Positions 30,484-40,588 are shown, counted from the first letter of the stretch. The stretch is 64,000 bases of DNA from Candidatus Latescibacterota bacterium (GCA_965207885.1 OZ242311.1:1504001-1568000), one strand, 5' to 3'. The notes: generated by a model from the sequence alone, not told the origin. A program made the numbers and translations.

Positions 30484-33400
30484 TTAAAATGTGTTCAGCG
30501 TCTCAGCTTCCATAAACACCGCGCACTTAATAAAATGCGTACCGATATTTGGCGCATCAAAATGCGCGATATAAATGCCGCTGGCAACCAGCACGCCCTG
30601 ATCTGTTTTCAGATCCCAGGTATCAAACGACAAACCGTTATTGTGATTAATCGTCCGCACCAGATCCCCCGACAGGCTGAAAATTCGGATCGTACACTGC
30701 GCGGGAAGATTGGTAAAACGCATCTGACGTGCGAGAGAAGTGAATTCATAAGACGAACGCCCCAGATACGGATTGGGCACCGCCAGAATTTTGGTCAAAT
30801 CCTCCACCGCCAACTCTTGATCGCCCCGGACAGCACCCTGCGTATTAAATGCAAACACATCGTTGGGGCCATTGACGTGATTCGCCAGAATCAAAAACGA
30901 ATCGCCATCCTGCGGGAATCGATCTGGCGTGCGGCGCGCGGCCCAAATGATATACATAATGGGTGGTGCCGGCGCATCGTTAATCAAACCCTGAGACAAC
31001 TCTGCCACATTGGAATCATCGCCCGGCTCGGTATAATCCCGATCGAAAATGAACAGCCACTCGCGCGGTCCACCGCCAGCCAGATTGCTGACATCGCCGT
31101 AAAATCCCGGACCATACGCACCGTTGACCAGGCCGCCGGGTTGGTTATTTTCCAACCAGCCAACTTCGAGACGGCGATTATTTTCCATATCCCAGGCCGA
31201 AAGCGCGATGGGATTGCGTTCCTGATACACATATACGCCGGGACCCGATGTATTGATGATATAATGGCTCCAGTCATAAGGTGCTTGTGTGGTCGTCTGA
31301 TCTGCAGGAGCAGGAGGAGGAGCACCTGCACCGCGCAAATACCGATATCCATAAGACACATTGGGATTGGTCAGGTCAATGGGTTTGTACTGATCCTCGC
31401 CTTCATCTTCAATCACACTGGTAAATCGCAATTCCACATTGACCAATCGCGCAGGTGAAACGCTCGTGGGACCGAACCACATATGGGCAATATCGCCCGT
31501 CATCGCGCCGTTAAAACCTTCGGCACCCCAGTTAGTACCTGCCCAGGTGTACCACCGCGCGCCCGATGGAATATCCCAATCTTTGATGCCGAGGGGCGGA
31601 CCCGTCACACGCACGAGCAAACCCTCGACAATCGGATTGGAAATCGCCGCATCCAGTGAGGCGTGCTGCTGCATATCTGAAAGCACGGCCTGACCACTCG
31701 ACAGATTGATCAAATCCCACACCGTTCCTGCATCGGTATCGCGGAAGCGCACTTCGTAAGGCGCGCCCGTGACCTGTGTATCGTCAACCACCTCCACGGC
31801 CACGATACCATCGCTTGAACCCGATGTGTGCTCAACAGTACTATCCACACCCACGGTATTGAATCGCGTACCCGCAGTGGGTCCGCGCGGCACAATGCCA
31901 TTGGCCGGAATCAACTCATCCGAAAGGGGCTTAAACGTCATGCGCCCATCAGCCAGAGCCGAGATGGATGTCTCGAGCGTTTTGGGCGACCTGCCCTCAT
32001 TCAACGAATAGGCCGTCACCGCAAAATAATAGGTTTTACCCGTCACCAGCCTACCGCCCAAAACCTTATCCTCGGTCAGTTCGATATAGCGCCGAATGCC
32101 CGAGTCACCGCCAAATTGCGCGGGCGAGTTGACCACCACACCCGCACCTTCATCGAACTGATTGTCAAAAATGATGGCCGAGCCATTGATCACGTCATAA
32201 GTCGCAAGACGCCTCCAGGGACCAGCGATCGACTCGCCCTGATACACGTTATAACCTTCGAATGCATAATCGCCCGAAGCGATTTCTGAGTCAGCGCCCC
32301 AGGTCAACTGAACTTTGCCATTGCCCATGTGATCGCCCGTCACAGCCACCGACACTTTGGGTGAGGGCGGAGGCGATGGCAATGCAAAATTGGCATCAAA
32401 AGCCGATTGTGCAAATGTATCGTTAAAACGCGCGGCTGTAATCGACGTGAGACGATCTTGGCCTTGCCCGATAATGATAGCGCCCACTACTTCTTGTGTA
32501 TCGCCGGGCGCAAAGGTAAACGGACCCGCCGTGAGCATAAAACGGCGATCAGCCGGGTTTTCGTCAAGCCAGCCCGTGCCCGCAACCGGATCTCCATCGA
32601 CCATAAAAGCCTTCACCTGACCCGTAATCGGATCGGTGTGATCGGCCACGCCGCCATCCGGGTCGAGACCCTTCATATAATTATAGGTCTCTTCTGCGGT
32701 ATGAGGATCCGTACCGTTGATGTATTTATTAAACGACGTCATCGGCAATTCCACACCGTCATCGCCAATCGGACCCTTGAAAAAGTCATACCCCACGGCA
32801 GGGGGTGACGAACCATACTGCGCATCTATGTTTGATCCGTTATAACAAAACCCAAAGCTGGTCTCCACATCGCAGCCCACCAGGTCGTTATCGAACTGCC
32901 CCAGATCGGGATCAGACCACAGCGACACATAAGTGCTATCGATGGTATTGCCACCCTTGTTGATAATCAAAAATTTGACAAATATCACATTGCCAAGCGG
33001 ACCTGTGCGGTCAAATGCAAATGTCGTCTGCTGTATTTCAACGCCTAAAGGCGCAGTCTGCATATTGGTGTGGGAACCCGGATCGGCATCGTTATAAACC
33101 GCCCACAAGGTCTGGTCACCCAGCACCATTGGCGTACCATCGGAATTGACCGGCGCGCCGTCTTCAACCGGCCACTGCGCGTAATCCGGATTTTCCATGC
33201 CATCGCCTTTGCTAATCTTATACACGCGATAGCGGTCGAGTTGCGGATCGGCGGGTGTGCCATCGGGCAAAATAGGCCCGGGCGCAAACTCAAATGAATA
33301 CTCGGCAATCGCCACGCGAATCTCTCCATTGACCTTGCCCGCAATCCACGGACCGGAAGCAAATACCGCGGTTTTGCCCGTGCCCTTGGGAAATTCAAGG

Positions 33401-33597
33401 CCCGAAGATCCGGTCGCCAGGTCCCAGGCGAATGATCCCTGGTTGGTCACAAACATTTTGATATTGTTCACATCAATCACTTGATCATTGCTAATTTTAC
33501 CCAGCCGCGGCTTTTGCGAGGGCGATGCAGCCAGCGCAATGCCAGCCATGCTCACACTCATCAAAGCCAGCGTCAAAATATTCAAAAAGCTTTTCAT
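30484..33597 (-). CDS. Large secreted protein with T9SS-type/FlgD-Ig C-terminal sorting domain
   Basis: Signal peptide; LWSDPDLG, FEGYNVY, YYFAVTAY; C-terminal VPNPY...TIRIFSLSGDLVRTI...WDL...ASGIY. Confidence 0.82.
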   Translation of the reverse strand: MKSFLNILTLALMSVSMAGIALAASPSQKPRLGKISNDQVIDVNNIKMFVTNQGSFAWDLATGSSGLEFPKGTGKTAVFASGPWIAGKVNGEIRVAIAEYSFEFAPGPILPDGTPADPQLDRYRVYKISKGDGMENPDYAQWPVEDGAPVNSDGTPMVLGDQTLWAVYNDADPGSHTNMQTAPLGVEIQQTTFAFDRTGPLGNVIFVKFLIINKGGNTIDSTYVSLWSDPDLGQFDNDLVGCDVETSFGFCYNGSNIDAQYGSSPPAVGYDFFKGPIGDDGVELPMTSFNKYINGTDPHTAEETYNYMKGLDPDGGVADHTDPITGQVKAFMVDGDPVAGTGWLDENPADRRFMLTAGPFTFAPGDTQEVVGAIIIGQGQDRLTSITAARFNDTFAQSAFDANFALPSPPPSPKVSVAVTGDHMGNGKVQLTWGADSEIASGDYAFEGYNVYQGESIAGPWRRLATYDVINGSAIIFDNQFDEGAGVVVNSPAQFGGDSGIRRYIELTEDKVLGGRLVTGKTYYFAVTAYSLNEGRSPKTLETSISALADGRMTFKPLSDELIPANGIVPRGPTAGTRFNTVGVDSTVEHTSGSSDGIVAVEVVDDTQVTGAPYEVRFRDTDAGTVWDLINLSSGQAVLSDMQQHASLDAAISNPIVEGLLVRVTGPPLGIKDWDIPSGARWYTWAGTNWGAEGFNGAMTGDIAHMWFGPTSVSPARLVNVELRFTSVIEDEGEDQYKPIDLTNPNVSYGYRYLRGAGAPPPAPADQTTTQAPYDWSHYIINTSGPGVYVYQERNPIALSAWDMENNRRLEVGWLENNQPGGLVNGAYGPGFYGDVSNLAGGGPREWLFIFDRDYTEPGDDSNVAELSQGLINDAPAPPIMYIIWAARRTPDRFPQDGDSFLILANHVNGPNDVFAFNTQGAVRGDQELAVEDLTKILAVPNPYLGRSSYEFTSLARQMRFTNLPAQCTIRIFSLSGDLVRTINHNNGLSFDTWDLKTDQGVLVASGIYIAHFDAPNIGTHFIKCAVFMEAETLNTF

Positions 33598-33612
33598 GTT
33601 CTAATCTCCCAT

Positions 33613-36501
33613 TTAGAAGCTGAGCGCGAGTCCGAAGCGAACCTGCCGCGGCGTGCCAAAGTTGAATGGGCTTTTCTCTTTGAGCTTGTATTTGTCTTCG
33701 CCCAGTTGACCAAAGCGCTCCACAAATTTGCGGCCTTCGTCTGTATTCAACCAGCCCGAAGTCATTGGGCTGCCCGTGCTCGAATACACAGGGCTGGTCG
33801 CGTTGGCGCGGTTGAGCAAATTGAGCACCCAGACGTATATGTCGCCCTGAAGCCCTATAATTTTGAAACGCTTATTTGCCTTCACATCGGTCCTGAATGT
33901 CCAGGGACCATAGCTGGAATTCACCGGTCCCGAAGGACGTGACGCCGAAGCCCCTGTGGTCACTTCATTAAACGTAAACGTGGGCGTATAAGGGAACCCA
34001 CTCCCGGCTTCGAACAACACATTGATCCCGGCATTGGACAGCGGCTGACCGCCCAGGATCCTCGGCCCATCTTTATCGACAAAGCGATAGTCGATCGATG
34101 CCGAAATTTTGTGGCGTTGATCAAAGTCGAGAGGTGAGGTCGATTTGGGCGGCTCGGTCACGCCGGGTTGGAAGCCCCAGGCGATCCGCCGCTGAGTTTG
34201 TGGGGTTGATCCCGTGCCCGTCGCATAAGCCAGAGAATAAGACAGACGCGCTGTTGTGCGCCCTATGCGACGCATGAGCAAACCAAAGTCTAGCCCCTTG
34301 ATGGTTCCGTAGTCGTTGTTGCGAAACGAGGAAAAGGCCGTGGGATCAGACGGAATTGTCGACACCTGAACGAGGTTTTCCACGGCTTTGTAATAAGCAG
34401 TGACATCGACACTGGCATGACCGCCCAACTGCTGCACCACACCCACTTCGTAAGCCGTGGTTTTTTCCGGCCTGAGATTCGGATTGCCAAAGGCGTAATA
34501 ATATCCCCCCAGTGGAACTTTGTATTCCAGATAATCCAGACCAACATACAGGTCTTCCAGCTTGGGTTGCTGGTAAAAAATGCCGTAGTTCATGTGGAAC
34601 ACGGTCTTATCTGTAACGGGAAACCCAACACCCAGGCGCGGGCTGATCTTGTGATACACGCTATTGCCAGCGAGATCCGATGGATCGAGTGTGGAATCGC
34701 CACCCAATGGCACGCCTTCATTGGCGAGCACATCGGTACTCGCATTCAAATAATCGTAACGCACGCCCGCATTGATGATCAACCCGTCGTATTCCATCTT
34801 GTCCTGCACGTAAAACGAAGCCAAAATGGGTTCTTTTTGCGCGTCTCGGGTCGAATCCAGAGGTTCGACTACCTGGCCATTCCAGTTGTAATCATACCCG
34901 TAGCGATCTACATCCTGAAAGCCACCCCTGTCGTCTGTGCTGACGAATGGACCGCGAAAGAGCAAAATGGGGGTCAGGTGCCGGTAATAACGCAACCGAT
35001 GCATCTGCACGTCAAAACCGAGCTTAAACTGGTGATTGCGGCTGATCTGGCTGGTCAAATCGAAGTCGATAGGCGTGAGATAAAATGAGCTGGTTTGCTC
35101 AAAGTCATCAAACACGCGCCCTTCATCGCCTTCAAAATACGTTATAGAGCGGTCATTGATGGTTTCCGTTGTCTGCGTAATCTCGGTGGAATCCACATCG
35201 CCGCGTGCAAACAAACTTTCCGCGTCATAACGCGAATTGCCCTGGGGGCGGGCATAGTCGTGCAAATTATCGAAATGAACCCCGTCGCCCGCCTTAAAAT
35301 TCTGGTCGAACAGACTTGTTTGCAAAGTAAAAAAGGTCTTTGCACCCATCGTATAGGTCACGCGGGCAAATGCCGAGTTGTTATTTCTTTTGACACGCGG
35401 CGCATGCCGCAAATTATAGCGATAGGTGTGACTATAGCTCAAGCGATCCGTTTTTGAGCCTACAATCCCTGCCTTCAGACCGATTTCGTCGGACAACCGA
35501 TACGCCAGCTTGGCCTGCCAGCCCCATTTTTCGAGCGTATAATGCGGCAATATGCCCTCGCTGAGCAAATCGTACTCTTCCTGTGACAACAGGTCTTTTT
35601 CCCACTCGTGGGCTTCCACCCCCCAGCGCGGGCTGCGGTCGAGGCGATCGATGTATTCTCCGGAAACAAAAAACGAAGGTCCGTTCGTTCCGGGAACGAG
35701 CGGACCACCAAATGTCGCATCGGTAGTGTTATACCCATAAGAAGGCGCACCGGCCCAACTGCGGTCATTCATCTCATCTGTAATATATTCCACAGACCCC
35801 GAATAATTCTGCCCGCCTTCGCGCGTCACCACCTTAACAACGCCCGACATCACGCGCCCGTACTCCGCTTCAAATCCACCCACAATCACAGATACCTGAT
35901 CTATAGCGCCATTGCTCAGGGTGGTGGTCGATGAGCCGAATTGCAAATCCTTCTGCGACACGCCATCGACGATGTAGTCAACTTCGGAAAACCGCCCACC
36001 GCGTATGTAAAGCGTGCCGTTCCGGTTCGTCACGCCCGCCTGCAAGGACGTGGCCGCTGCATACCCGCGAACCGGCATATACTCGAGTTCTTCGCTGGTT
36101 ACGAGGCGCATCGAGCTGGTCTTATCTTTCTGCACCAGCGGGCGCACCGCCACCACTTCGATAGTTTCGCCTTCCAGGGCTTGCTCTGCGAGCACAAAAT
36201 CAACTTCCGTAGTCAAATCGGGCAACACCTTGATGCCCTTGAGCACCACGTCTTGATACCCGATAAAACTGCATTTTACGTCAAAAGTGCCCGCCGGCAC
36301 ATTCAAAATCACAAAATTACCTTCGGGATCTGATGTCGCACCAAAGACACTGTGCAAGCCCAGAACCACCACATTGGCACCGGGCAATCCACCACCGTCG
36401 CCTTTATCGACAATCTGACCCGCAATTTTACCCGTCACCCCGGCCATTGCCGATGCGGATAAAAACGACATCGCAACAAATGCGATTATCCATCTCGTCA
36501 T
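33613..36501 (-). CDS. TonB-dependent receptor
   Basis: TGKIAGQI N-domain, YIRGGR plug, GNPNLRPEKT, PRQVRFGLALSF; start MTRWII after GGGAG. Confidence 0.92.
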   Translation of the reverse strand: MTRWIIAFVAMSFLSASAMAGVTGKIAGQIVDKGDGGGLPGANVVVLGLHSVFGATSDPEGNFVILNVPAGTFDVKCSFIGYQDVVLKGIKVLPDLTTEVDFVLAEQALEGETIEVVAVRPLVQKDKTSSMRLVTSEELEYMPVRGYAAATSLQAGVTNRNGTLYIRGGRFSEVDYIVDGVSQKDLQFGSSTTTLSNGAIDQVSVIVGGFEAEYGRVMSGVVKVVTREGGQNYSGSVEYITDEMNDRSWAGAPSYGYNTTDATFGGPLVPGTNGPSFFVSGEYIDRLDRSPRWGVEAHEWEKDLLSQEEYDLLSEGILPHYTLEKWGWQAKLAYRLSDEIGLKAGIVGSKTDRLSYSHTYRYNLRHAPRVKRNNNSAFARVTYTMGAKTFFTLQTSLFDQNFKAGDGVHFDNLHDYARPQGNSRYDAESLFARGDVDSTEITQTTETINDRSITYFEGDEGRVFDDFEQTSSFYLTPIDFDLTSQISRNHQFKLGFDVQMHRLRYYRHLTPILLFRGPFVSTDDRGGFQDVDRYGYDYNWNGQVVEPLDSTRDAQKEPILASFYVQDKMEYDGLIINAGVRYDYLNASTDVLANEGVPLGGDSTLDPSDLAGNSVYHKISPRLGVGFPVTDKTVFHMNYGIFYQQPKLEDLYVGLDYLEYKVPLGGYYYAFGNPNLRPEKTTAYEVGVVQQLGGHASVDVTAYYKAVENLVQVSTIPSDPTAFSSFRNNDYGTIKGLDFGLLMRRIGRTTARLSYSLAYATGTGSTPQTQRRIAWGFQPGVTEPPKSTSPLDFDQRHKISASIDYRFVDKDGPRILGGQPLSNAGINVLFEAGSGFPYTPTFTFNEVTTGASASRPSGPVNSSYGPWTFRTDVKANKRFKIIGLQGDIYVWVLNLLNRANATSPVYSSTGSPMTSGWLNTDEGRKFVERFGQLGEDKYKLKEKSPFNFGTPRQVRFGLALSF

Positions 36502-36645
36502 GGTTAACTCCCTTCTGAAATAATTTCGAAAACCAGACTTAAAAGATGCTCGCGCACCTCTGTCGTCTCCCCTCACGTAAATCGTTCTCAGCTATGTCGC
36601 TACTACATCACCTCCTTGTTCTCCCCCGACGATAAGTCATTTACC

Positions 36646-37737
36646 TCACACCGATGACAGCGACATACCCTGATGAATGGGTTTTCCCTGTGACCGGCGC
36701 ACCTGAACGAGTTCAGAAACAATACTCACGGCGATTTCTTCGGGTGTATCTGCGCCGATATCCAATCCAATCGGCGCGTGAACAACATCCAATTTTTCTC
36801 TCGGAATACCTTTGGCTTCAAACTCTTTCCACATCAGCGCGATCTTCCGACGGCTACCAATCATACCAATATACGCCGCCTGGGTATCAATCGCCTGCTC
36901 GATAACCGGTTTATCGTGCTGGTGTCCCCGCGTCACAGCCACCACATAAGACAAATCGTCAATAACCAGATGGTCAAAAGCCGTCTCCATCTCCAGCGTC
37001 AGCGTTTCACTCGCCATGGGAAACCGCTCTTTATTGGCAAACATGGGCCGGTCGTCAATAACCACAATCCGAAATCCGACCGAATGCGCGATCTGTGCGA
37101 TAGCATAGGAAACGTGCCCCCCGCCAAACAAAAACAGCGTAGGCTCGGGACAAATAGATTCCAAAAAGACCACAACGGGTTCTGACCCGATTTTTATGAC
37201 CTTGAGCAAACTTTCCGGAATCGCCTCAAAAGCTGCCACCTCTTCGCGCACACAGGCTTCGGCAAGGTCATGGCCCAGACTACCCACTGTTCTACCATCG
37301 GGATGGACCAATAACTTCGCACCCACCTGATCGCCGCCCGAAACCAGCGTTGCCAACACAGCCGAACCGCGCACTTTGCGAACCCGAGCAATATCGCCGA
37401 GCATGTCATCTGCGCGACCAGGCAACAGAGGTTCGGTAAAAATCTCGACATTACCGCCGCAATTGAGGCCATTTTCGCCCGCGTGTTTTTCCGTCAAAAT
37501 AAACTTCTGCAAAGTCGGTGCTTCGGTATCCATCACATGACGGGCTTCGGCCCACACATCGGCTTCCAAACAACCGCCGCCCACCGTACCTATAATCACG
37601 CCATCGGGACGCACGAGCATCTTGGCCTTTTTACTCATCGGCAAAGACCCCTTGCTCGACACAATCGTCGATAAGGCGGCCTTTTCACCCTGAGAAACCA
37701 GGATCAAAGCCTCTCGAAAAACATCTTGACCAGCCAT
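36646..37737 (-). CDS. XdhC/CoxF family molybdoenzyme maturation factor
   Basis: GTVGGGCLEA, CGG, FGGGHV, VTRGHQHD, PIGLDIGADTPEEIA. Confidence 0.9.
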   Translation of the reverse strand: MAGQDVFREALILVSQGEKAALSTIVSSKGSLPMSKKAKMLVRPDGVIIGTVGGGCLEADVWAEARHVMDTEAPTLQKFILTEKHAGENGLNCGGNVEIFTEPLLPGRADDMLGDIARVRKVRGSAVLATLVSGGDQVGAKLLVHPDGRTVGSLGHDLAEACVREEVAAFEAIPESLLKVIKIGSEPVVVFLESICPEPTLFLFGGGHVSYAIAQIAHSVGFRIVVIDDRPMFANKERFPMASETLTLEMETAFDHLVIDDLSYVVAVTRGHQHDKPVIEQAIDTQAAYIGMIGSRRKIALMWKEFEAKGIPREKLDVVHAPIGLDIGADTPEEIAVSIVSELVQVRRSQGKPIHQGMSLSSV

Positions 37738-37746
37738 AACATCCCC

Positions 37747-38883
37747 CTACTTCCAAACAGACCGCAGTGTTCGGGCCAATTGAATCAAACTCTCCAGATT
37801 GTGTGCGGGCAAAAAATAATCCAGATATGGAAGTGCTGTCTTCATCCCCAAACACAGGGGCTGATACCCCGGCGTGCCCAAAAGTGGATTGAGCCACATC
37901 AACTTATGCACGCGCTTTCGCAATCGCGCCATCTCTTGCCGCATCAAATCGGGATCGCCCCGGTCCCAGCCGTCGCTCACAATAATCATCACAGTGCGCG
38001 AGTGCAACATATCGCGTGCAAACTGGTCGTTAAACTCGCGCAAACACCCGCCAATATCTGTGCCACCCGCCCAGTCGTGTACTGTATCAGCCACTTCTAC
38101 AAGTGATTCTTCAATGCCTTTTGTTTTGAGCAAACGCGAAATTGCGGTCATCCGCGTGGAAAACACCCCGACCTCCACATCTCGGATTTCGCGCTTGAGC
38201 GCGTAGATAAAGCGAATCAGAAACCGGCTATAACAATCCATAGACCCGCTCACATCACACAACAACATCAGCTTGGTCTTTTTGATGCGACGCCGCTTCA
38301 TCATCAATTCGACACCGTCAGAACCATACAGCGCATTGCGCCGCCATGTGCGCCTGAAATCCAGTTCAGCCCCCCGATTTTCGGGCACGCGCCTGCGACT
38401 GCGGCGGTTGGCAATGATATTCACAATTTCGTGGATCACCTTTCGGGCCTGCTCAATCTCGCGATCGGACATTGCGGCCAAATCTTTTCCCATCAAAGCC
38501 TCATCGGGGCTATACCCAACCTCCTCGGATTCGCCTTCCCCCTCGGCCTCTTCCTGCAAATCTGCAGTATCCACCACCTCATTGACATCTGCCTGAACAT
38601 CGAGATCCGGATCTCCGCCGGCATCCGTATCGGTCAGAGTCATATCGTCGGGCAAAATCGGTCGCGCCCAGAAAGCCCTGAAAACCTCGTCAAAAGTCTC
38701 CAGATCGTCATAGCGCGACACCAGTGTCGCACGCGCAGCAGCGTAAAAATCGCTCCGATTGTGCAGGCTGATATATTGAAAACTATCGCACAAATCAATG
38801 AGATTGCCCGCATTGACTTCAACGCCAGCACTGTGCAAAGCCCTTGAAAAACCGACAACTCGTCCCAGCATAGTTCTTGGCAT
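37747..38883 (-). CDS. CoxE-like vWA domain protein
   Basis: CDVSGSM (MIDAS), WAGGTDIG, SDGWDRG, WLNPL. Confidence 0.9.
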   Translation of the reverse strand: MPRTMLGRVVGFSRALHSAGVEVNAGNLIDLCDSFQYISLHNRSDFYAAARATLVSRYDDLETFDEVFRAFWARPILPDDMTLTDTDAGGDPDLDVQADVNEVVDTADLQEEAEGEGESEEVGYSPDEALMGKDLAAMSDREIEQARKVIHEIVNIIANRRSRRRVPENRGAELDFRRTWRRNALYGSDGVELMMKRRRIKKTKLMLLCDVSGSMDCYSRFLIRFIYALKREIRDVEVGVFSTRMTAISRLLKTKGIEESLVEVADTVHDWAGGTDIGGCLREFNDQFARDMLHSRTVMIIVSDGWDRGDPDLMRQEMARLRKRVHKLMWLNPLLGTPGYQPLCLGMKTALPYLDYFLPAHNLESLIQLARTLRSVWK

Positions 38884-38891
38884 GTGATCTC

Positions 38892-39803
38892 CTAAACGGC
38901 AACTTGTGTGCGTTCTTTCAGCAATCGGGCCTTCTCAATCAGTTGTGGTAGGCCGTCTTCCTGAATTTTTTCAATATCTTCTTTATACTTCAAAACACAT
39001 CCCAATGTCGCATCAACTATCTGCGGATCCAGTTCTTCAACACGCATAGCCATCAGAGCCAGTGCCCAATCAATCGTTTCGGCAACACCGGGCTTTTTGT
39101 AAAAATCGCGATTGCGCAACAATTGCATAAACCCGCAAACCTGTTGTGCCAATTCGTCCTGCACACCCGACACACGCGACCGCACAATATCCATTTCTTT
39201 GCTAAACGTGGGATAGTCAATCCACAAATACAAACACCGGCGCTTCAGCGCGTCGTGCAACTCGCGCGTTCGGTTGGACGTAAGCACGACAAACGGCACC
39301 TGCATCGCTCTTATCGCACCAATCTCGGGAATCGTAATCTGGAAATCGGATAACACTTCGAGCAAAAACGCTTCAAACTCTTCATCCGATCGATCCACTT
39401 CGTCAATCAACAACACCTGTTGCTTTTCTGCGCTACCCTCAAGAGCCGACAAAAGGGGACGCTTGAGCAAAAAATCTTCGCGAAAAATATTTTGACCAAT
39501 TTCGGCCTTGTCGATTCCCCGCGCTTCTTCGAGCCTTAGCTCCAGCATCTGACGCGGATAATTCCATTCGTACAATGCCGTATTGGCATCAATACCTTCA
39601 TAGCACTGCAATCGAATCAACTCAGTATCAAAAATACCGGCCATAACTTTGGCTACTTCTGTCTTTCCAACGCCTGGTTCCCCCTCCAGAAAAATTGGTT
39701 TGCCAAGCGACTGCGCCAAAAAAATCGTCGTTGCCAATGTGCGGTCCGTGATATACCCCTGCTCGGCAAACCGCTCTTCAACATCTTCAATAGAATTCAG
39801 CAT
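38892..39803 (-). CDS. MoxR/CoxD-like AAA+ ATPase
   Basis: GEPGVGKT, RLQCYEG, LLIDEVDR, HDALKRRC. Confidence 0.92.
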   Translation of the reverse strand: MLNSIEDVEERFAEQGYITDRTLATTIFLAQSLGKPIFLEGEPGVGKTEVAKVMAGIFDTELIRLQCYEGIDANTALYEWNYPRQMLELRLEEARGIDKAEIGQNIFREDFLLKRPLLSALEGSAEKQQVLLIDEVDRSDEEFEAFLLEVLSDFQITIPEIGAIRAMQVPFVVLTSNRTRELHDALKRRCLYLWIDYPTFSKEMDIVRSRVSGVQDELAQQVCGFMQLLRNRDFYKKPGVAETIDWALALMAMRVEELDPQIVDATLGCVLKYKEDIEKIQEDGLPQLIEKARLLKERTQVAV

Positions 39804-40354
39804 AATAACCTTTCTTTATCATACATTTCGCCATACTGCGCCACCCAAATTTGCAATGCCTCTCTGGTCGTGTCAAAAGCCAGATCATTCCATGGAATAT
39901 CCCGAGGGGCAAATGTAGCCACAGCCTGCGATTCAAAATTGCCTTCCAACTTTCCGCCCACAACCCGTCCAGTATAAACAATCAGCACCACCCGCTCCCC
40001 TTCATAAGACAACACGCCGAGCAACTCACCGATCTCGACCTCTAACCCCACTTCCTCGCGGGTTTCGCGCACAGCCGCGACATCGGTTGGCTCGCCTGCA
40101 TCCACATATCCGCCGGGGAACACCCACTTGCCAAACCCGGGATCAATATTGCGCCTGAGCAGTACAACGCCACCATCGAGGGTTACAATAACCCCAGCTG
40201 CTACCTTGGGGTCGAGATAAGCCACAAATCCACACGACGGACAACACGGTCTCTCCCGATCTTCAACTGCTTTTACAACCAGCAAAGTCCCACATCGCTC
40301 GCAAAACCGAGCTTCGGATTTTATGCAACTGGGCAAAGAGATCAACCACCTCAT
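39797..40354 (-). CDS. NUDIX hydrolase with N-terminal zinc ribbon
   Basis: FCERCG...CPSCG, Nudix box GGYVDAGE...AAVRETREEVG. Confidence 0.9.
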   Translation of the reverse strand: MRWLISLPSCIKSEARFCERCGTLLVVKAVEDRERPCCPSCGFVAYLDPKVAAGVIVTLDGGVVLLRRNIDPGFGKWVFPGGYVDAGEPTDVAAVRETREEVGLEVEIGELLGVLSYEGERVVLIVYTGRVVGGKLEGNFESQAVATFAPRDIPWNDLAFDTTREALQIWVAQYGEMYDKERLLC

Positions 40355-40396
40355 TGTTGTAATATTAATATAATATAGTAGTCTCTACCAGACAGT

Positions 40397-40425
40397 AAAA
40401 TACACAGGTACCAATTTTGGGTCAA
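40397..40425 (-). promoter_or_regulatory. Putative sigma70 promoter of NUDIX-coxD/E-xdhC operon
   Basis: Minus strand TTGACC-N17-TATTTT. Confidence 0.5.
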
Positions 40426-40427
40426 CG

Positions 40428-40490
40428 AAAAAGCCCCGAATTTGAATTCGGGGCAAAAAAAATGGGAACCGGGTCGCGGGCCGGTTCCCA
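40428..40490 (-). terminator. Two tandem intrinsic terminators
   Basis: Minus strand TGGGAACCGG-8nt-CCGGTTCCCA+T8, then GCCCCGAATT-CA-AATTCGGGGC+T5. Confidence 0.85.
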
Positions 40491-40512
40491 AGAGGGAGAA
40501 TACGTCGTGCTT
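40455..40512 (-). ncRNA. Candidate Pho-activated small RNA (~57 nt)
   Basis: Phased Pho-like repeats and TATTAT upstream, unpaired UUCUCCCUCU segment, then terminator. Not matched to any family I recognise. Confidence 0.4.
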
Positions 40513-40517
40513 TGGGT

Positions 40518-40561
40518 ATAATATCATCGCCGTGTTACAATCGCGTGTCATTTACGCGACA
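40518..40561 (-). promoter_or_regulatory. Pho-box-like promoter downstream of phoU
   Basis: Minus strand TGTCGC, TGACAC, TGTAAC at 11-bp spacing, then 10 bp, then TATTAT. Confidence 0.5.
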
Positions 40562-40588
40562 GTGTTCGCCACAAAAATACGGTGGAGA

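Noticed and set aside
40351-40551. 66-aa minus-strand ORF over the sRNA candidate
   Set aside because: No RBS, crosses two terminators and the NUDIX promoter; not protein-like.
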